Shown: piece by piece, positions 52,851 through 62,600 of the stretch | How positions within the stretch are numbered: the first letter of the stretch is position 1 | Layout of the letters: each line of letters opens with the position of its first letter | DNA from: an uncultured Pseudomonadota bacterium | GTDB lineage: Bacteria; Pseudomonadota; Alphaproteobacteria; JACZXZ01 | Direction: 5' to 3' | NCBI GenBank assembly: GCA_963749075.1 | Contig: CAVVLJ010000021.1 | Location: 640,001 to 704,000 of the forward strand | Length of the DNA: 64,000 nucleotides | Position numbers and translations under genes: made by a program | Notes under the pieces: model-generated | What the model saw: only the letters and a program-made list of their open reading frames with translations | What the model was told of the DNA's origin: nothing | Database searches by the model: none

Positions 52851-54275
52851 ATGGTTGAGCCGCTCGAGGTCGACATCTGCGTCGTGGGAGGCGGCTCGGG
52901 CGGGCTGCTCGTCGCCGCCGCGGCTGGCCTCCTCGGCCGTCCCGTGGCACTCGTCGAGCGCGGCAAGATGGGCGGCGACTGCCTCAATTACGGCTGCGTG
53001 CCCTCGAAGTCGCTCATCGCGGCGGCGCGCATCGCCGCACTCGCCCGCAAAGGCCCGGCGTTCGGCATCGACTTGGGCGAGCCCGCCGTCGACTTCGCGC
53101 GCGTCCACGATCACGTCCACGGCGTCATCGCCGCCATAGCGCCCCACGATTCGGCGGAACGCTTCGAGGGCCTCGGCTGCAAGGTGATCCGCGCCGAGGG
53201 CCGCTTCGTCGGCCGCGGTCTTCTCGCGGCCGGCGAGTGGCGCATCCGCGCGCGGCGCTTCGTGATCGCGACCGGCTCCTCGCCCACAGTACCGCCGCTT
53301 CCGGGCCTGGCCGAGGTGCCCTATCTCACCAACGAGACGATCTTCGAGCTCAAGGGGCTGCCAAAGCATCTCGTCGTGCTGGGCGGCGGGCCGATCGGGG
53401 TCGAGCTCGCCCAGGCTTTCGCCCGGCTCGGCGCTCAAGTGAGCGTCGTCGAGCTCCTCGGCATCCTCGGCAACGACGATCCCGAGGCCGTGGACGTAGT
53501 GCGCCAGGCCCTCAGGCGCGACGGCGTGGCGCTCTATGAGGGGAGCCGGCTCGCGGCCCTCGAGCGCGCGGACGAGGGCATCGCGGCCGTGATCGAGCGC
53601 CAAGGCGAGAGCGTGAGGCTCGCGGGCTCCCATCTCCTCCTCGCCGCCGGACGCAGCGCCAACGTGGCCGGGCTCGGCCTCGAGGCGGCAGGGGTCGCCT
53701 ATAGCGCGAAAGGGATCGCGGTCGACCGCCGGATGCGCACCACCAACAAGCGCATCTTTGCCGTGGGCGACGTGGCCGGGCGCTTCCAGTTCACCCACAT
53801 GGCCGCCCATCATGCCGGCGTCGTCGTGCGCAACGCGCTCTTCCGCCTGCCCGCCAAGGTGGAGGAGCGCGCCATACCGTGGGTCACCTACAGCGATCCC
53901 GAGCTCGCCCATGTCGGCCTGAGCGAGGCCGCGGCTCGCCAGGCGCACGGTCGCTTGCGCATCCTGCGCTGGGCCTTTGCCGAGAACGACCGCGCGCGGA
54001 CGGAGCGCGCGTGCGACGGCTTCGCCAAGGTGATCGCCTCGCGGCGCGGCCGCGTGCTCGGCGCCACCATCGTGGGCGCGCAGGCGGGCGAGCTCATCCT
54101 CCCCTGGTGCCTGGCGGTCGCACGCCGGCTCAAGCTCGCGGCGCTCGCCGGGCTCATCGCCCCCTACCCCACGCTCGGCGAGATCAGCAAGAGCGCCGCC
54201 GGCAGCTATTTCACCCGCACGCTCTTCAGCGAGCGCACCAAGGCGCTCGTGCGGCTCCTGGCGCGGCTCGGATAG
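52851..54275 (+). CDS. Pyridine nucleotide-disulfide oxidoreductase (dihydrolipoamide dehydrogenase-like)
   Basis: GGGSGG, GGDCLNYGCVPSK, GGGPIG, YPT; no MerA C-terminal Cys pair. Confidence 0.9.
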   Translation: MVEPLEVDICVVGGGSGGLLVAAAAGLLGRPVALVERGKMGGDCLNYGCVPSKSLIAAARIAALARKGPAFGIDLGEPAVDFARVHDHVHGVIAAIAPHDSAERFEGLGCKVIRAEGRFVGRGLLAAGEWRIRARRFVIATGSSPTVPPLPGLAEVPYLTNETIFELKGLPKHLVVLGGGPIGVELAQAFARLGAQVSVVELLGILGNDDPEAVDVVRQALRRDGVALYEGSRLAALERADEGIAAVIERQGESVRLAGSHLLLAAGRSANVAGLGLEAAGVAYSAKGIAVDRRMRTTNKRIFAVGDVAGRFQFTHMAAHHAGVVVRNALFRLPAKVEERAIPWVTYSDPELAHVGLSEAAARQAHGRLRILRWAFAENDRARTERACDGFAKVIASRRGRVLGATIVGAQAGELILPWCLAVARRLKLAALAGLIAPYPTLGEISKSAAGSYFTRTLFSERTKALVRLLARLG

Positions 54276-54326
54276 GGGGAAAGTCCGCACTGCCCCGCCA
54301 CCCGCTTTCGGCTATAATCCGGCGAA

Positions 54327-55736
54327 ATGGCGGAGACCCATCCGAGCCTTCCCAAGCCCCAGCACAGCCTTTCGGCCAAGCTGCTGGTCTTCACCGTGCT
54401 CTTCGTCATGGTCGCCGAGGTGCTGATCTACACGCCCTCGATCGCGCGCTTCCGCTACGACTACCTCATGGGGAAGATCGGCATGGCGCACTTGGCTGCC
54501 ATGGCGCTCGAGGCCACGCCGACCCACATGCTGAGCCCGCAGCTCGAGATCGAGATACTGCAATACGTCGACGCCTATTCGGTGGTGCTCGACATGCACG
54601 GCACCGAGCGCATGCTGGTGATGAACCGCGACATGCCGCCCACCGTCGACAAGAATTACGACCTGCGCAAGTCCAACCTCTTCTCCCTCATCGCCAACGC
54701 CTTCGTGACGCTGGCGCAGACCCAGAACCGGGTGATCCGCGTGGTCGGCCCCTCGCCGCACAACCGCGGCATCTTCGTCGAGCTGGTGATCGACGAGGGG
54801 CCGCTGCGCCGCGCCATGTACGAGTTCTCCTGGCACATCCTCTCGCTCTCCATCGTCATCTCGCTGATCACCGCGGGCCTCCTCTATTTGAGCCTGCAAT
54901 GGCTCCTCGTGCAGCCGATGCGGCGCATCACCGAGGGCATGGAGCGCTTCCGCACGGCGCCCGAGGACGAGGAGAGCGTCATCGTGCCGAGCCAGCGGCG
55001 CGACGAGATCGGCATCGCCCAGCGCGAGCTGCAGCGCATGCAGGCCGACCTGCGCTCGGCGCTCCACGAGAAGACGCGGCTCGCCGCCCTAGGTGCTGCG
55101 GTCACCAAGATCACCCATGATCTGCGCAACATGCTGGCGACCGCCCAGCTCGTCTCCGACCGCCTCGGCGACAGCAAGGACCCCACGGTCAAGCGCGTGA
55201 CGCCGACGCTGGTCGCCTCGCTGGACCGCGCCATCTCGCTCTGCGTCAATACGCTGCGCTTCGCGCGCGAGGAGAAGCCGGTGGTCGAGGCGCGGGTCTT
55301 CTCGCTCTCGCTCCTCGTCGAGGACGTAGGTGCGGTGCTCAGGCCCCAGGCGCCGGAGGGGAGCCGCTGGGTCAACGAGGTGGCGGACGGCTTCGCGCTC
55401 GCCGCCGACCGCGACCAGATGTTCCGCGTGCTCGTCAACCTCGGGCGCAACGCCTATCAGGCGGGCGCCACCGAGGTGGCGCTCGCCGCCTACCGCAACG
55501 AGGAAGGCGTCGTCCTCGAGATCCGCGACAACGGCGAGGGCATCGCACCCGCCGCGCGCGAGCGCCTCTTCGAGGCCTTCTCCGCCGCCGGCAAGCCGGG
55601 CGGCACCGGCCTCGGACTCGCCATCTCGCGCGACCTCCTGCGCGCCCACGGCGGCGACATCGAGCTCGCCGAGAGCCGCCCGGGCGAGACGCGCTTCCTC
55701 CTCATCCTGCCCCAGCGCCGCGCGGCGGCGGAATAG
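54327..55736 (+). CDS. HAMP-domain sensor histidine kinase
   Basis: Two TM segments, ITHDLRN, NLGRNA, DNGEG, GGTGLGL. Confidence 0.92.
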   Translation: MAETHPSLPKPQHSLSAKLLVFTVLFVMVAEVLIYTPSIARFRYDYLMGKIGMAHLAAMALEATPTHMLSPQLEIEILQYVDAYSVVLDMHGTERMLVMNRDMPPTVDKNYDLRKSNLFSLIANAFVTLAQTQNRVIRVVGPSPHNRGIFVELVIDEGPLRRAMYEFSWHILSLSIVISLITAGLLYLSLQWLLVQPMRRITEGMERFRTAPEDEESVIVPSQRRDEIGIAQRELQRMQADLRSALHEKTRLAALGAAVTKITHDLRNMLATAQLVSDRLGDSKDPTVKRVTPTLVASLDRAISLCVNTLRFAREEKPVVEARVFSLSLLVEDVGAVLRPQAPEGSRWVNEVADGFALAADRDQMFRVLVNLGRNAYQAGATEVALAAYRNEEGVVLEIRDNGEGIAPAARERLFEAFSAAGKPGGTGLGLAISRDLLRAHGGDIELAESRPGETRFLLILPQRRAAAE

Positions 55737-55776
55737 GGCGCCGCCCGCCGCGCTCCAGCAACGGCAATCGGACGTC

Positions 55777-56286
55777 ATGACCGACCTGCGGATCGAAGCG
55801 ATCGCGATGCAGGACGGGGCGACGCAGGCGGCACTGCTCGCGCTCAACAACGCGAACGCCCAGGCGACATCGCTGCTCGCGCCGGAGGAGTGGCGAAGGA
55901 TGGCCGGCCGCGCCTTCGCCGCCACTTGCGCGGGCGGGTCGGCTGCCCTTCTCATCGCCTTCGAGTACAATGCCGATTACGGCAGCCCCAACTTCATCTG
56001 GTTCCGCGAACGCCTCGCCCGCTTCGTCTATGTCGACCGCATCGTCGTCGCCGGCAGCCACCGCGGAGGAGGGCTCGCCACGCTCATGTATCGCGATCTT
56101 TTCCGTCTGGCACTGGCAGCGGGGCATGACCGCGTCGTCTGCGAGGTCAATCTCTCCCCGCCCAATCCCGTCTCCGACGCCTTCCATGCCAAGCTGGGTT
56201 TCACGGAGATCGGGCGCGCCGCTTTCGCCGGGAGCGGCAAGACGGTGCGCTATCTTGCGAAGCATCTGGCCGCAGCGGCGATCTGA
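55777..56286 (+). CDS. GNAT family acetyltransferase
   Basis: YVDRIVV...RGGGLA...CEVN..PPN..S.AFH..LGF. Confidence 0.88.
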   Translation: MTDLRIEAIAMQDGATQAALLALNNANAQATSLLAPEEWRRMAGRAFAATCAGGSAALLIAFEYNADYGSPNFIWFRERLARFVYVDRIVVAGSHRGGGLATLMYRDLFRLALAAGHDRVVCEVNLSPPNPVSDAFHAKLGFTEIGRAAFAGSGKTVRYLAKHLAAAAI

Positions 56287-56416
56287 TTGGGGCCGGCTGA
56301 CTGCGGCCGGCTGATTGCGGCAGGATGACGCCCGCGGGTTTGCCCCACTCGCGCTCCCATGCCATCTTGCCGCTGTCGCGCGCCTTCTTGCGCGCGCAAG
56401 CGGAACGCAGGTGCCG

Positions 56417-57340
56417 ATGTTCGCGCATGTCATGTCGTGGGTGTGGATCCCCATCACCGTCTGGGCAGCACTCGCCCAGACCTTCCGCAATGCCGCACAG
56501 CGCCATCTCACCAAGGATCTCGGGACCTACGGTGCCACGCTCGTGCGCTTCGTCTACGGCCTGCCCTTCGCGGTGCTCTGGCTCGCGGTCCTCGATGACC
56601 TGCTCGGCCTCGAGATCCCGGCGCCGAACTGGCGCTTCCTCGCCTGGACGCTCGCCGGCGCGTTCGGCCAGATCGTGGCGACGGCGCTCCTGCTGCGCAC
56701 CATGGAGGAGCGTAATTTCGCGGTCGGCGTCATCTATTCGAAGACCGAGATCGTGCAGATCGCCCTCTTCGCCATCGTGCTGCTCGGCGATCCGCTCTCG
56801 CTCGAGGCCGCGGCGGCGATCCTCCTCGTGACGGCCGGCCTCGTTTTCCTCTCGCTCCGGGGCGGGGAGGCGGGTGCGGAGGCCCTGGCGCGCTCCTGGA
56901 GCTCGCGGGCGGCCCTCATGGGCCTCGGCTCCGGCGCCACCTTCGCCATCTCGGCCGTGGGCTACCGCGGTGCTGCCCTGGCACTCCACGCGGACTCGGC
57001 CTTCATGGCGGCGAGCTACGTGCTCGTCTGGGCGCTCGCCATCCAGGTGGCGGTGCTCGGCGGCTGGCTCGCGGCGGGGAACCCGCGCGTGCTCGTCGCC
57101 GTGGCGCGCGAGTGGCGCCTCTCGCTCGGCGCCGGGTTCGCGGGTGCCGCCGGCTCGGCGGGCTGGTTCACCGCCATGACCCTCGAGCCCGTGGCGCACG
57201 TGCGCACGCTCGGCCTCGTCGAAGTGTTCTTCAGCCTCGCTGTCTCCCGCCGCATCTTCAAGGAGCGCTTTGGCCGCCTAGAGGTCGCCGGCATCATCCT
57301 CGTCGCATTGGGCGTGGCGCTCATCGCAGCCGCAAAGTAG
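56417..57340 (+). CDS. EamA/DMT family transporter
   Basis: About 10 hydrophobic segments; QTFRNAAQR, RNFAVG..YSKTE. Confidence 0.85.
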   Translation: MFAHVMSWVWIPITVWAALAQTFRNAAQRHLTKDLGTYGATLVRFVYGLPFAVLWLAVLDDLLGLEIPAPNWRFLAWTLAGAFGQIVATALLLRTMEERNFAVGVIYSKTEIVQIALFAIVLLGDPLSLEAAAAILLVTAGLVFLSLRGGEAGAEALARSWSSRAALMGLGSGATFAISAVGYRGAALALHADSAFMAASYVLVWALAIQVAVLGGWLAAGNPRVLVAVAREWRLSLGAGFAGAAGSAGWFTAMTLEPVAHVRTLGLVEVFFSLAVSRRIFKERFGRLEVAGIILVALGVALIAAAK

Positions 57341-57354
57341 CGGCCGCGGTGGAA

Positions 57355-57405
57355 TTGACAGGAGGAGCGTGGTGCAGTAAATCATACGATAAGGAGTATG
57401 ATTTA
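57355..57405 (+). promoter_or_regulatory. TA promoter with operator palindrome
   Basis: TTGACA at 57355; TAAATCATAC-GATAAGGA-GTATGATTTA (57378-57405) overlapping the -10 region and SD. Confidence 0.75.
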
Positions 57406-57980
57406 TGTCCGTGTCCTCCGCACCTCGGCGCTACACGCCCCAGGAGGCTGCAGCTCTCGCTGGGGTGCGACTCCAGCGCATCCAGAATGCCATTACGGAT
57501 CGCCTGATCCGCGGCGCGTTCAAGCGCGCGCGGGGCGGCCGGCGCAGCGTCGATCTGCCGGGGGTCCTGACCTTCGCCGCGGTGGAGCGGCTCGGCGAGG
57601 TGCGGATAGCACCGGCCGTCCTCTACAAGGCGTTCCGCAAGACCGGCCTGCCGCGGGGGCCCGTCGCCGTGAGCGAGGCGGTCACCATCGACGCGCCGCG
57701 GCTCCTCCGTACCGTCGTGCGCAATGTGGAGCTCTATGAAAGGGCACGCGAGAGCATCGTGTCGGACCCCGAGGTCATGGGGGGTCTGCCCGTCGTGCGC
57801 GGAACGCGGATTCCGGCGCGCACGCTCCACGCGCGGGTCAGGGGCGGCGATACGATCGAGTCGATCTTGGCAGACTATCCCTATCTCGACCGGGAGACGG
57901 TCGAGGCCGCCGTTCTCTTTGCCGAGGCCAACCCCGCGCGTGGGCGCCCGCGACGGCGCGTCGGCTCGGCCGGCGAGTGA
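57405..57980 (+). CDS. HTH plus DUF433 antitoxin
   Basis: YTPQEAAAL; DPEVMGGLPVVRGTRIP...ILADYPYL...AA..FA. Confidence 0.88.
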   Translation: MSVSSAPRRYTPQEAAALAGVRLQRIQNAITDRLIRGAFKRARGGRRSVDLPGVLTFAAVERLGEVRIAPAVLYKAFRKTGLPRGPVAVSEAVTIDAPRLLRTVVRNVELYERARESIVSDPEVMGGLPVVRGTRIPARTLHARVRGGDTIESILADYPYLDRETVEAAVLFAEANPARGRPRRRVGSAGE

Positions 57981-58375
57981 CGCGGCCACTTCGTCTCCTG
58001 ATCGACGCCTGCCTGACGCCCGCCGCCGCGGCGCACTTGAACGAGGCGCTCGGCCGGTCCGTGATCGACGTCATCCACCTCGATAGAGTGCTACCGCGAG
58101 CGACGCCCGATGACGAGGTCTTGGACTGGGCTATCGCCCATGAGCGGATCGTCGTCACCGCTGACCGCGCCGGCTTTCCGCTCCTCGCCCGACGCCGGCC
58201 GAGGCATTGCGGCATCGCCCTCATCGAAGATCAAGACACGCAAGCCCGACAAGTCGCGGCGGTCGCGCGCTTGGCGCGTGCGCTGCTCGTCCATAGAGCC
58301 GGCGGCAAGTCCATCATAGGGCACGTCTTCACGCTTCGAAGGTCCGGGCGGCTCGCGGCCCGCCGCATCCCATAA
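57977..58375 (+). CDS. DUF5615 PIN-like toxin
   Basis: LLIDACL...PDDEVLDWA...RIVVTAD...HCGI; GTGA overlap. Confidence 0.82.
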   Translation: MTRPLRLLIDACLTPAAAAHLNEALGRSVIDVIHLDRVLPRATPDDEVLDWAIAHERIVVTADRAGFPLLARRRPRHCGIALIEDQDTQARQVAAVARLARALLVHRAGGKSIIGHVFTLRRSGRLAARRIP

Positions 58376-58394
58376 GGACAGATGGGGCCCCTTC

Positions 58395-59582
58395 TCAATC
58401 GAGCTCCAAGAGCTGCGACTTGAGATAGGCGGACTCGGGCAGGAAGGGGTGCACCGGGTGGTCGGGGGCGGCACCCGCACTCCGGAGGATGCGCCCGCTG
58501 CGGCCGGCCTGGGCCAAGCCGCGGCGGACCTCCTCGGCGAAGCGCTCGGGCGTCACGTTGTGCGAGCAGGACGCGAGGAAGACGAAGCCGCCGGGCAAGG
58601 CGAGCTCGGCCGCGAGGCGGGCGAGCTTGCGATAGCCCTTGGCACCCGGCTCGAGCTCGCGCTTCGACTTCACGAAGGCGGGCGGGTCGCAGATGACGAG
58701 CCCGAAGCGCTCGCCCGCGGCAGCCATGCGCTCCATCTCGCCGAAGGCCTGGCCGCGGCGGAAGTCGAGGCGCCCGGCCAGGCCGTTCAAGGCGGCTGCC
58801 TCGAGGGCGAGCGCCAGGGCCGGCTCCGAGCGGTCGATCGCCAGCACCTCGGCCGCACCGGCGGCCGCGGCCTGCACGGCAAAGCCGCCGCTGTAGCAAT
58901 AGAGGTCGACGACCCGCCTGCCGCGCGCGAGCGAGGCCGCGAAGGCGCGGCTCTCCCGCTGATCGTAGAACCAGCCGGTCTTCTGTCCGAGGCTCAAGTC
59001 GGCGAGAAAGCGGCAGCCGTTCTCCTTGAGCTCGACGGCGCCCTCGATCGTGCCCTTGGCAAGGCGCACCTCGTTAGCCAAGCCTTCGAGGGCGCGGGCC
59101 GGACTGTCGTTGCGCAAGAGAATGGCGCGCGGCGCCAGGAGCTCGTCGAGGGCGGCTATGAGCTCGTCCGTGAGACGCTCCATGCCGGCGCCATTCACCT
59201 GGACCGCGAGCACGTCGCCGTAGCGGTCGACGGCGAGACCGGGGAGGCCGTCGGCCTCGGCGTGGACGAGGCGGTAATAGGGCTCGCCATAGAGGAGGCT
59301 GCGCAGGGCGAGGGCGCGGGCGAGGCGCTCGCCGAGGAAATGCCGGTCGATGACGGCCTCGGTGTCGCCCGTCACGAGGCGCGCCGCGACGAGGGTGTGG
59401 GGATTGAAGAAGGCCAGGCCGAGCGCTTCGCCGTTCGCCGCCGCGAGCCGGACGAGCGTGCCTGGCTGCAGCGCCTTCGCCGCGGCGTCCAGCGCCACCT
59501 CGTTGGAATAGACCCAAGGGTGCCCGTGGCGCACGCGCTGGTGGCGGCCCGGCAGGAGGCGGACGAGGGGGGATGCGGACAT
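58395..59582 (-). CDS. RlmI-like rRNA methyltransferase
   Basis: GHPWVYSNE, EADGLPGL, GQKTGWFYDQR, DPPAF. Confidence 0.92.
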   Translation of the reverse strand: MSASPLVRLLPGRHQRVRHGHPWVYSNEVALDAAAKALQPGTLVRLAAANGEALGLAFFNPHTLVAARLVTGDTEAVIDRHFLGERLARALALRSLLYGEPYYRLVHAEADGLPGLAVDRYGDVLAVQVNGAGMERLTDELIAALDELLAPRAILLRNDSPARALEGLANEVRLAKGTIEGAVELKENGCRFLADLSLGQKTGWFYDQRESRAFAASLARGRRVVDLYCYSGGFAVQAAAAGAAEVLAIDRSEPALALALEAAALNGLAGRLDFRRGQAFGEMERMAAAGERFGLVICDPPAFVKSKRELEPGAKGYRKLARLAAELALPGGFVFLASCSHNVTPERFAEEVRRGLAQAGRSGRILRSAGAAPDHPVHPFLPESAYLKSQLLELD

Positions 59583-59657
59583 GGCGCGGCAGCATAGCGG
59601 CGCGCGGCGGGCGGGCAAGGGGAATGGTGCTGCGGTTGGGGCGCGCGGGCGCTCTCG

Positions 59658-61418
59658 CTAATCCCCCGCCGCGGTGCCGCCGCGCCGCGGGTCGGCGACG
59701 CCGTAGAGCGTGCCGTCGCGGAGCTGGATGGCGTTGAGCCCGCTCTCCATGGGGAGGAGGGCGATGTCGTGGCCCATCGCCGCGAGCGCGTCGGCGCGGT
59801 CCTCGAGCTCGCTGCCGCTCTCGATCTCGGTGCGGCCGTTGCGGTTGTCGATGTGGGGGAGGGCGATCGCCTGCTCGATCGGCAGCTTCCAGTCGAGGGC
59901 CGCCACCAGCGCCTCGCTCACGAAGCCGATGATCTCGGCGCCGCCGGGCGTACCGATGACGAGGGCCAGCTTGCCGTCGGCGCCCACCACGATGGTCGGC
60001 GCCATCGCACTCCTCGGCCGCTTCCCCGCCTCGACGCGGTTGGCGACGGGCTTGCCCTCGACCGTGGGGCGGAAGGCGAAGTCGTTGAGCTCGTCGTTGA
60101 GGAGGAAGCCCCGCACCATGAGGCGGGCGCCGAAGGGCTGGCCGATGTCGGCGCTGAGCGCCGCCGCGTTGCCGGCGCCGTCGACCACCGAGACGTGGGT
60201 GGTGGAGGGCGGCTCGTGGCCGCCCGAGCCGGAAAAGGGCCAGAGTGCGGCATGGCGCGGTGCGCCGGGTGGCACGTGGCCGCCGCGCGCGCGGCCGGGT
60301 GCGATGAGCTTGGCGCGCTCCGCGAGATAGCCGGCCGAGAGCAGCTGGGCGACCGGCACCGGCACGAAATCCGGATCCGCCACATACTCGTCGCGGTCGG
60401 CAAAGGCCAGGCGGCCGGCCTCGGCGAGGAGATGGAGGGCGGGCGTCGAGAGCGGCGCCATCTTGCCGAGGGGGAAGCGCTCGAGGAGGCCCAGGGTCTC
60501 GAGCACGGCTAAGCCGCCCGAGCTCGGCGGCGGCATGCCGCAGACGAGCCACGCGCGATAGGGCTGGCAGAGCGCCTGGCGCAGGCGCGGCTTGTAGCCG
60601 GCGAGGTCGCCCGCCTTGAGCCGGCCGGGCCGCGCGCCGCTCGCGGCGGCTGCCACCATGTCGGCGGCGATGTCGCCCTCGTAGAAGGCATGGGCACCCT
60701 CGGCCGCGAGCTTGCGCAAGGTGGCGGCGAGTGCCGGGTTGGCGATGCGGCTCCCCGCTGGCTTGGCGATGCCGCGGCCCTGGTAGAAGAGCTGCGCCGC
60801 GGCGGGCGAGGTGCCGAGCCGGCGGTCGCCCGCGAGGAGCTCGTGCAAGCGCGGGCTCACGGTGAAGCCGCCCGCGGCGAGCGCGATGGCCGGCTCGAAG
60901 AGGGTCTGCCAGGCGAGCTTGCCGCGCCGCGCATGGGCCGCCTCGAGCATGGCGAGGAGTCCGGGGACGCCGACGCTGAGGCCGCCCACCGCCGCCTCGC
61001 TCGCCTCCAAGGGCGTGCCGTCGGGCTTGAGGAACATGTCGGCGGTGGCGGCGGCGGGGGCAGTCTCCCGTCCGTCGAGCGCGTCCATGTCGCCGGTTGC
61101 GGCGTCGAAATAGAGGAGGAAGCCGCCGCCGCCGATGCCGACCGCCTCGGGTTCCTCCACGCCGAGCACCAGGATGGCCGCGATCGCCGCGTCGACGGCA
61201 CTGCCGCCTTGGCGCAGCATGGCGCGTCCGGCCTCGGCCGCCTCCGCGGTGTCGGCGACGACCATGTCGCGCCGCCCTTCCGCGGCGCGCGGGACCGCGG
61301 ACGCGTCGGGGACGGCACTCTGCGCCGATGCCGCTCCGGGCATTGCCGCAAGGAGGGCGAGCGCCACGGCGGCGCCGTAGGGCGAGTCGTGCTGCCGGCG
61401 CTCGGGAGGTGCCGCCAC
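59658..61418 (-). CDS. Gamma-glutamyltransferase family protein (exported)
   Basis: GGSAVDAAIA, GIGGGGF, DGRETAP, PPPSSGG, TTHVSVVD, GTPGG. Confidence 0.92.
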   Translation of the reverse strand: MAAPPERRQHDSPYGAAVALALLAAMPGAASAQSAVPDASAVPRAAEGRRDMVVADTAEAAEAGRAMLRQGGSAVDAAIAAILVLGVEEPEAVGIGGGGFLLYFDAATGDMDALDGRETAPAAATADMFLKPDGTPLEASEAAVGGLSVGVPGLLAMLEAAHARRGKLAWQTLFEPAIALAAGGFTVSPRLHELLAGDRRLGTSPAAAQLFYQGRGIAKPAGSRIANPALAATLRKLAAEGAHAFYEGDIAADMVAAAASGARPGRLKAGDLAGYKPRLRQALCQPYRAWLVCGMPPPSSGGLAVLETLGLLERFPLGKMAPLSTPALHLLAEAGRLAFADRDEYVADPDFVPVPVAQLLSAGYLAERAKLIAPGRARGGHVPPGAPRHAALWPFSGSGGHEPPSTTHVSVVDGAGNAAALSADIGQPFGARLMVRGFLLNDELNDFAFRPTVEGKPVANRVEAGKRPRSAMAPTIVVGADGKLALVIGTPGGAEIIGFVSEALVAALDWKLPIEQAIALPHIDNRNGRTEIESGSELEDRADALAAMGHDIALLPMESGLNAIQLRDGTLYGVADPRRGGTAAGD

Positions 61419-61427
61419 CTGCGAGCC

Positions 61428-61916
61428 TCAGCGCAGCCGATCCATGCCGGCGAGCGGCTGGACGAATTGCAGCTCCGTGTCCCAGGGGAAGTGGATCCAG
61501 GTGTCCTGGCTCACCTCGGTGACGAAGGTGTCGACGAGCGGCCGGCCCGCCGGCTTGGCATAGACCGTCGCCATGTGGGCGAGCGGCAGGAGCTCGCGCA
61601 CGACGCGCGCGGTGGCGCCGGTATCGACGAGGTCGTCGACGATGACCCAGCCCCGGCCGTCGCCCGGCGGCGCGCTCAGGATGCGCACCTCGGCTTGCGA
61701 CTGATGGGCGTAGCTCGCGACGCAGATCGTCGTGATGAGGCGCAAGTTGAGCTCGCGCGCCACGATCACCGCCGGCACCAGCCCGCCGCGCGCGATGCCG
61801 ACCACGCCGCGCCACGGCCCGGTCTCGTTGAGCCGCCAGGCGAGCGCCTTGGCATCGCGGTGGAGCTCCTGCCACGACACCGGAAAGGCCTTGGCGAAAC
61901 GGTCGTTGGCGCTCAC
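61428..61916 (-). CDS. gpt: Xanthine-guanine phosphoribosyltransferase
   Basis: [38 protein letters not shown]. Confidence 0.95.
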   Translation of the reverse strand: MSANDRFAKAFPVSWQELHRDAKALAWRLNETGPWRGVVGIARGGLVPAVIVARELNLRLITTICVASYAHQSQAEVRILSAPPGDGRGWVIVDDLVDTGATARVVRELLPLAHMATVYAKPAGRPLVDTFVTEVSQDTWIHFPWDTELQFVQPLAGMDRLR

Positions 61917-62004
61917 GGCGGCTCCCCCATCAAAGTTGCGGCGATTTAAGCGGATCGGCGGGGGCGAGGCAATCGCGGGGACGGACATTCGCGCCGCTGC
62001 GGGC

Positions 62005-62439
62005 TCAGGTGGTGCGCTCCTCGGGCTTGACGAGGACGCAGCCCGAGATGCGCCAGCTGCCGTCCGGCTCGCGCTCCATGCAGTAGAGCGCCAGCACCAG
62101 GCGGCCGTCGGGACCGGCGAAGAGCACCTTCTGCACGGGACCGTCGGCGGTGACCACGAGGCTTGCGAATTCCGTCCCGCGCGGCCGGTAGACCGGCGCA
62201 TAGCCGCGGCGCACCATCTCCATGAAGGCCTCGGCGGTTCCGAAGATGGCCTGGATGGCGGGTGCCGCAAAGGCGAAGGCCGCGGCGTCGTCGTCGCGCT
62301 GGAAGGCCGCGAGCTGGCGCTCGATGACGCTTCGGATCGCCGCCGCGTCGGCACTGCCGAGGGTGCTGCCGCCCGCATCCTGGCCCCAGCTCGCGAGCGG
62401 CCAGACGACAAGAGCGAGAACGACGAGCATGCGCTGCAT
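62005..62439 (-). CDS. DUF4864 family exported protein
   Basis: [18 protein letters not shown]...FMEMVRRGY...WRISGC. Confidence 0.85.
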   Translation of the reverse strand: MQRMLVVLALVVWPLASWGQDAGGSTLGSADAAAIRSVIERQLAAFQRDDDAAAFAFAAPAIQAIFGTAEAFMEMVRRGYAPVYRPRGTEFASLVVTADGPVQKVLFAGPDGRLVLALYCMEREPDGSWRISGCVLVKPEERTT

Positions 62440-62600
62440 GGCGAGTGCTCCGGGAAGAGGCGATCCTAGCGGAAGTCGCGGGCGAGCGCCATGCGGCAGC
62501 CGCGGCTCAGCCGCCGAGGCTTGATCGAATCGGTTGCGCCGCCGCCGCCGCCGCATTAGGGATGGGTACACTCGCAACGGCGCGGACGCGGACAATTGCC

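Noticed and set aside
52851-54275. Possible mercuric reductase MerA
   Set aside because: No C-terminal Cys-Cys, no metal-binding N-domain and no mer genes nearby.
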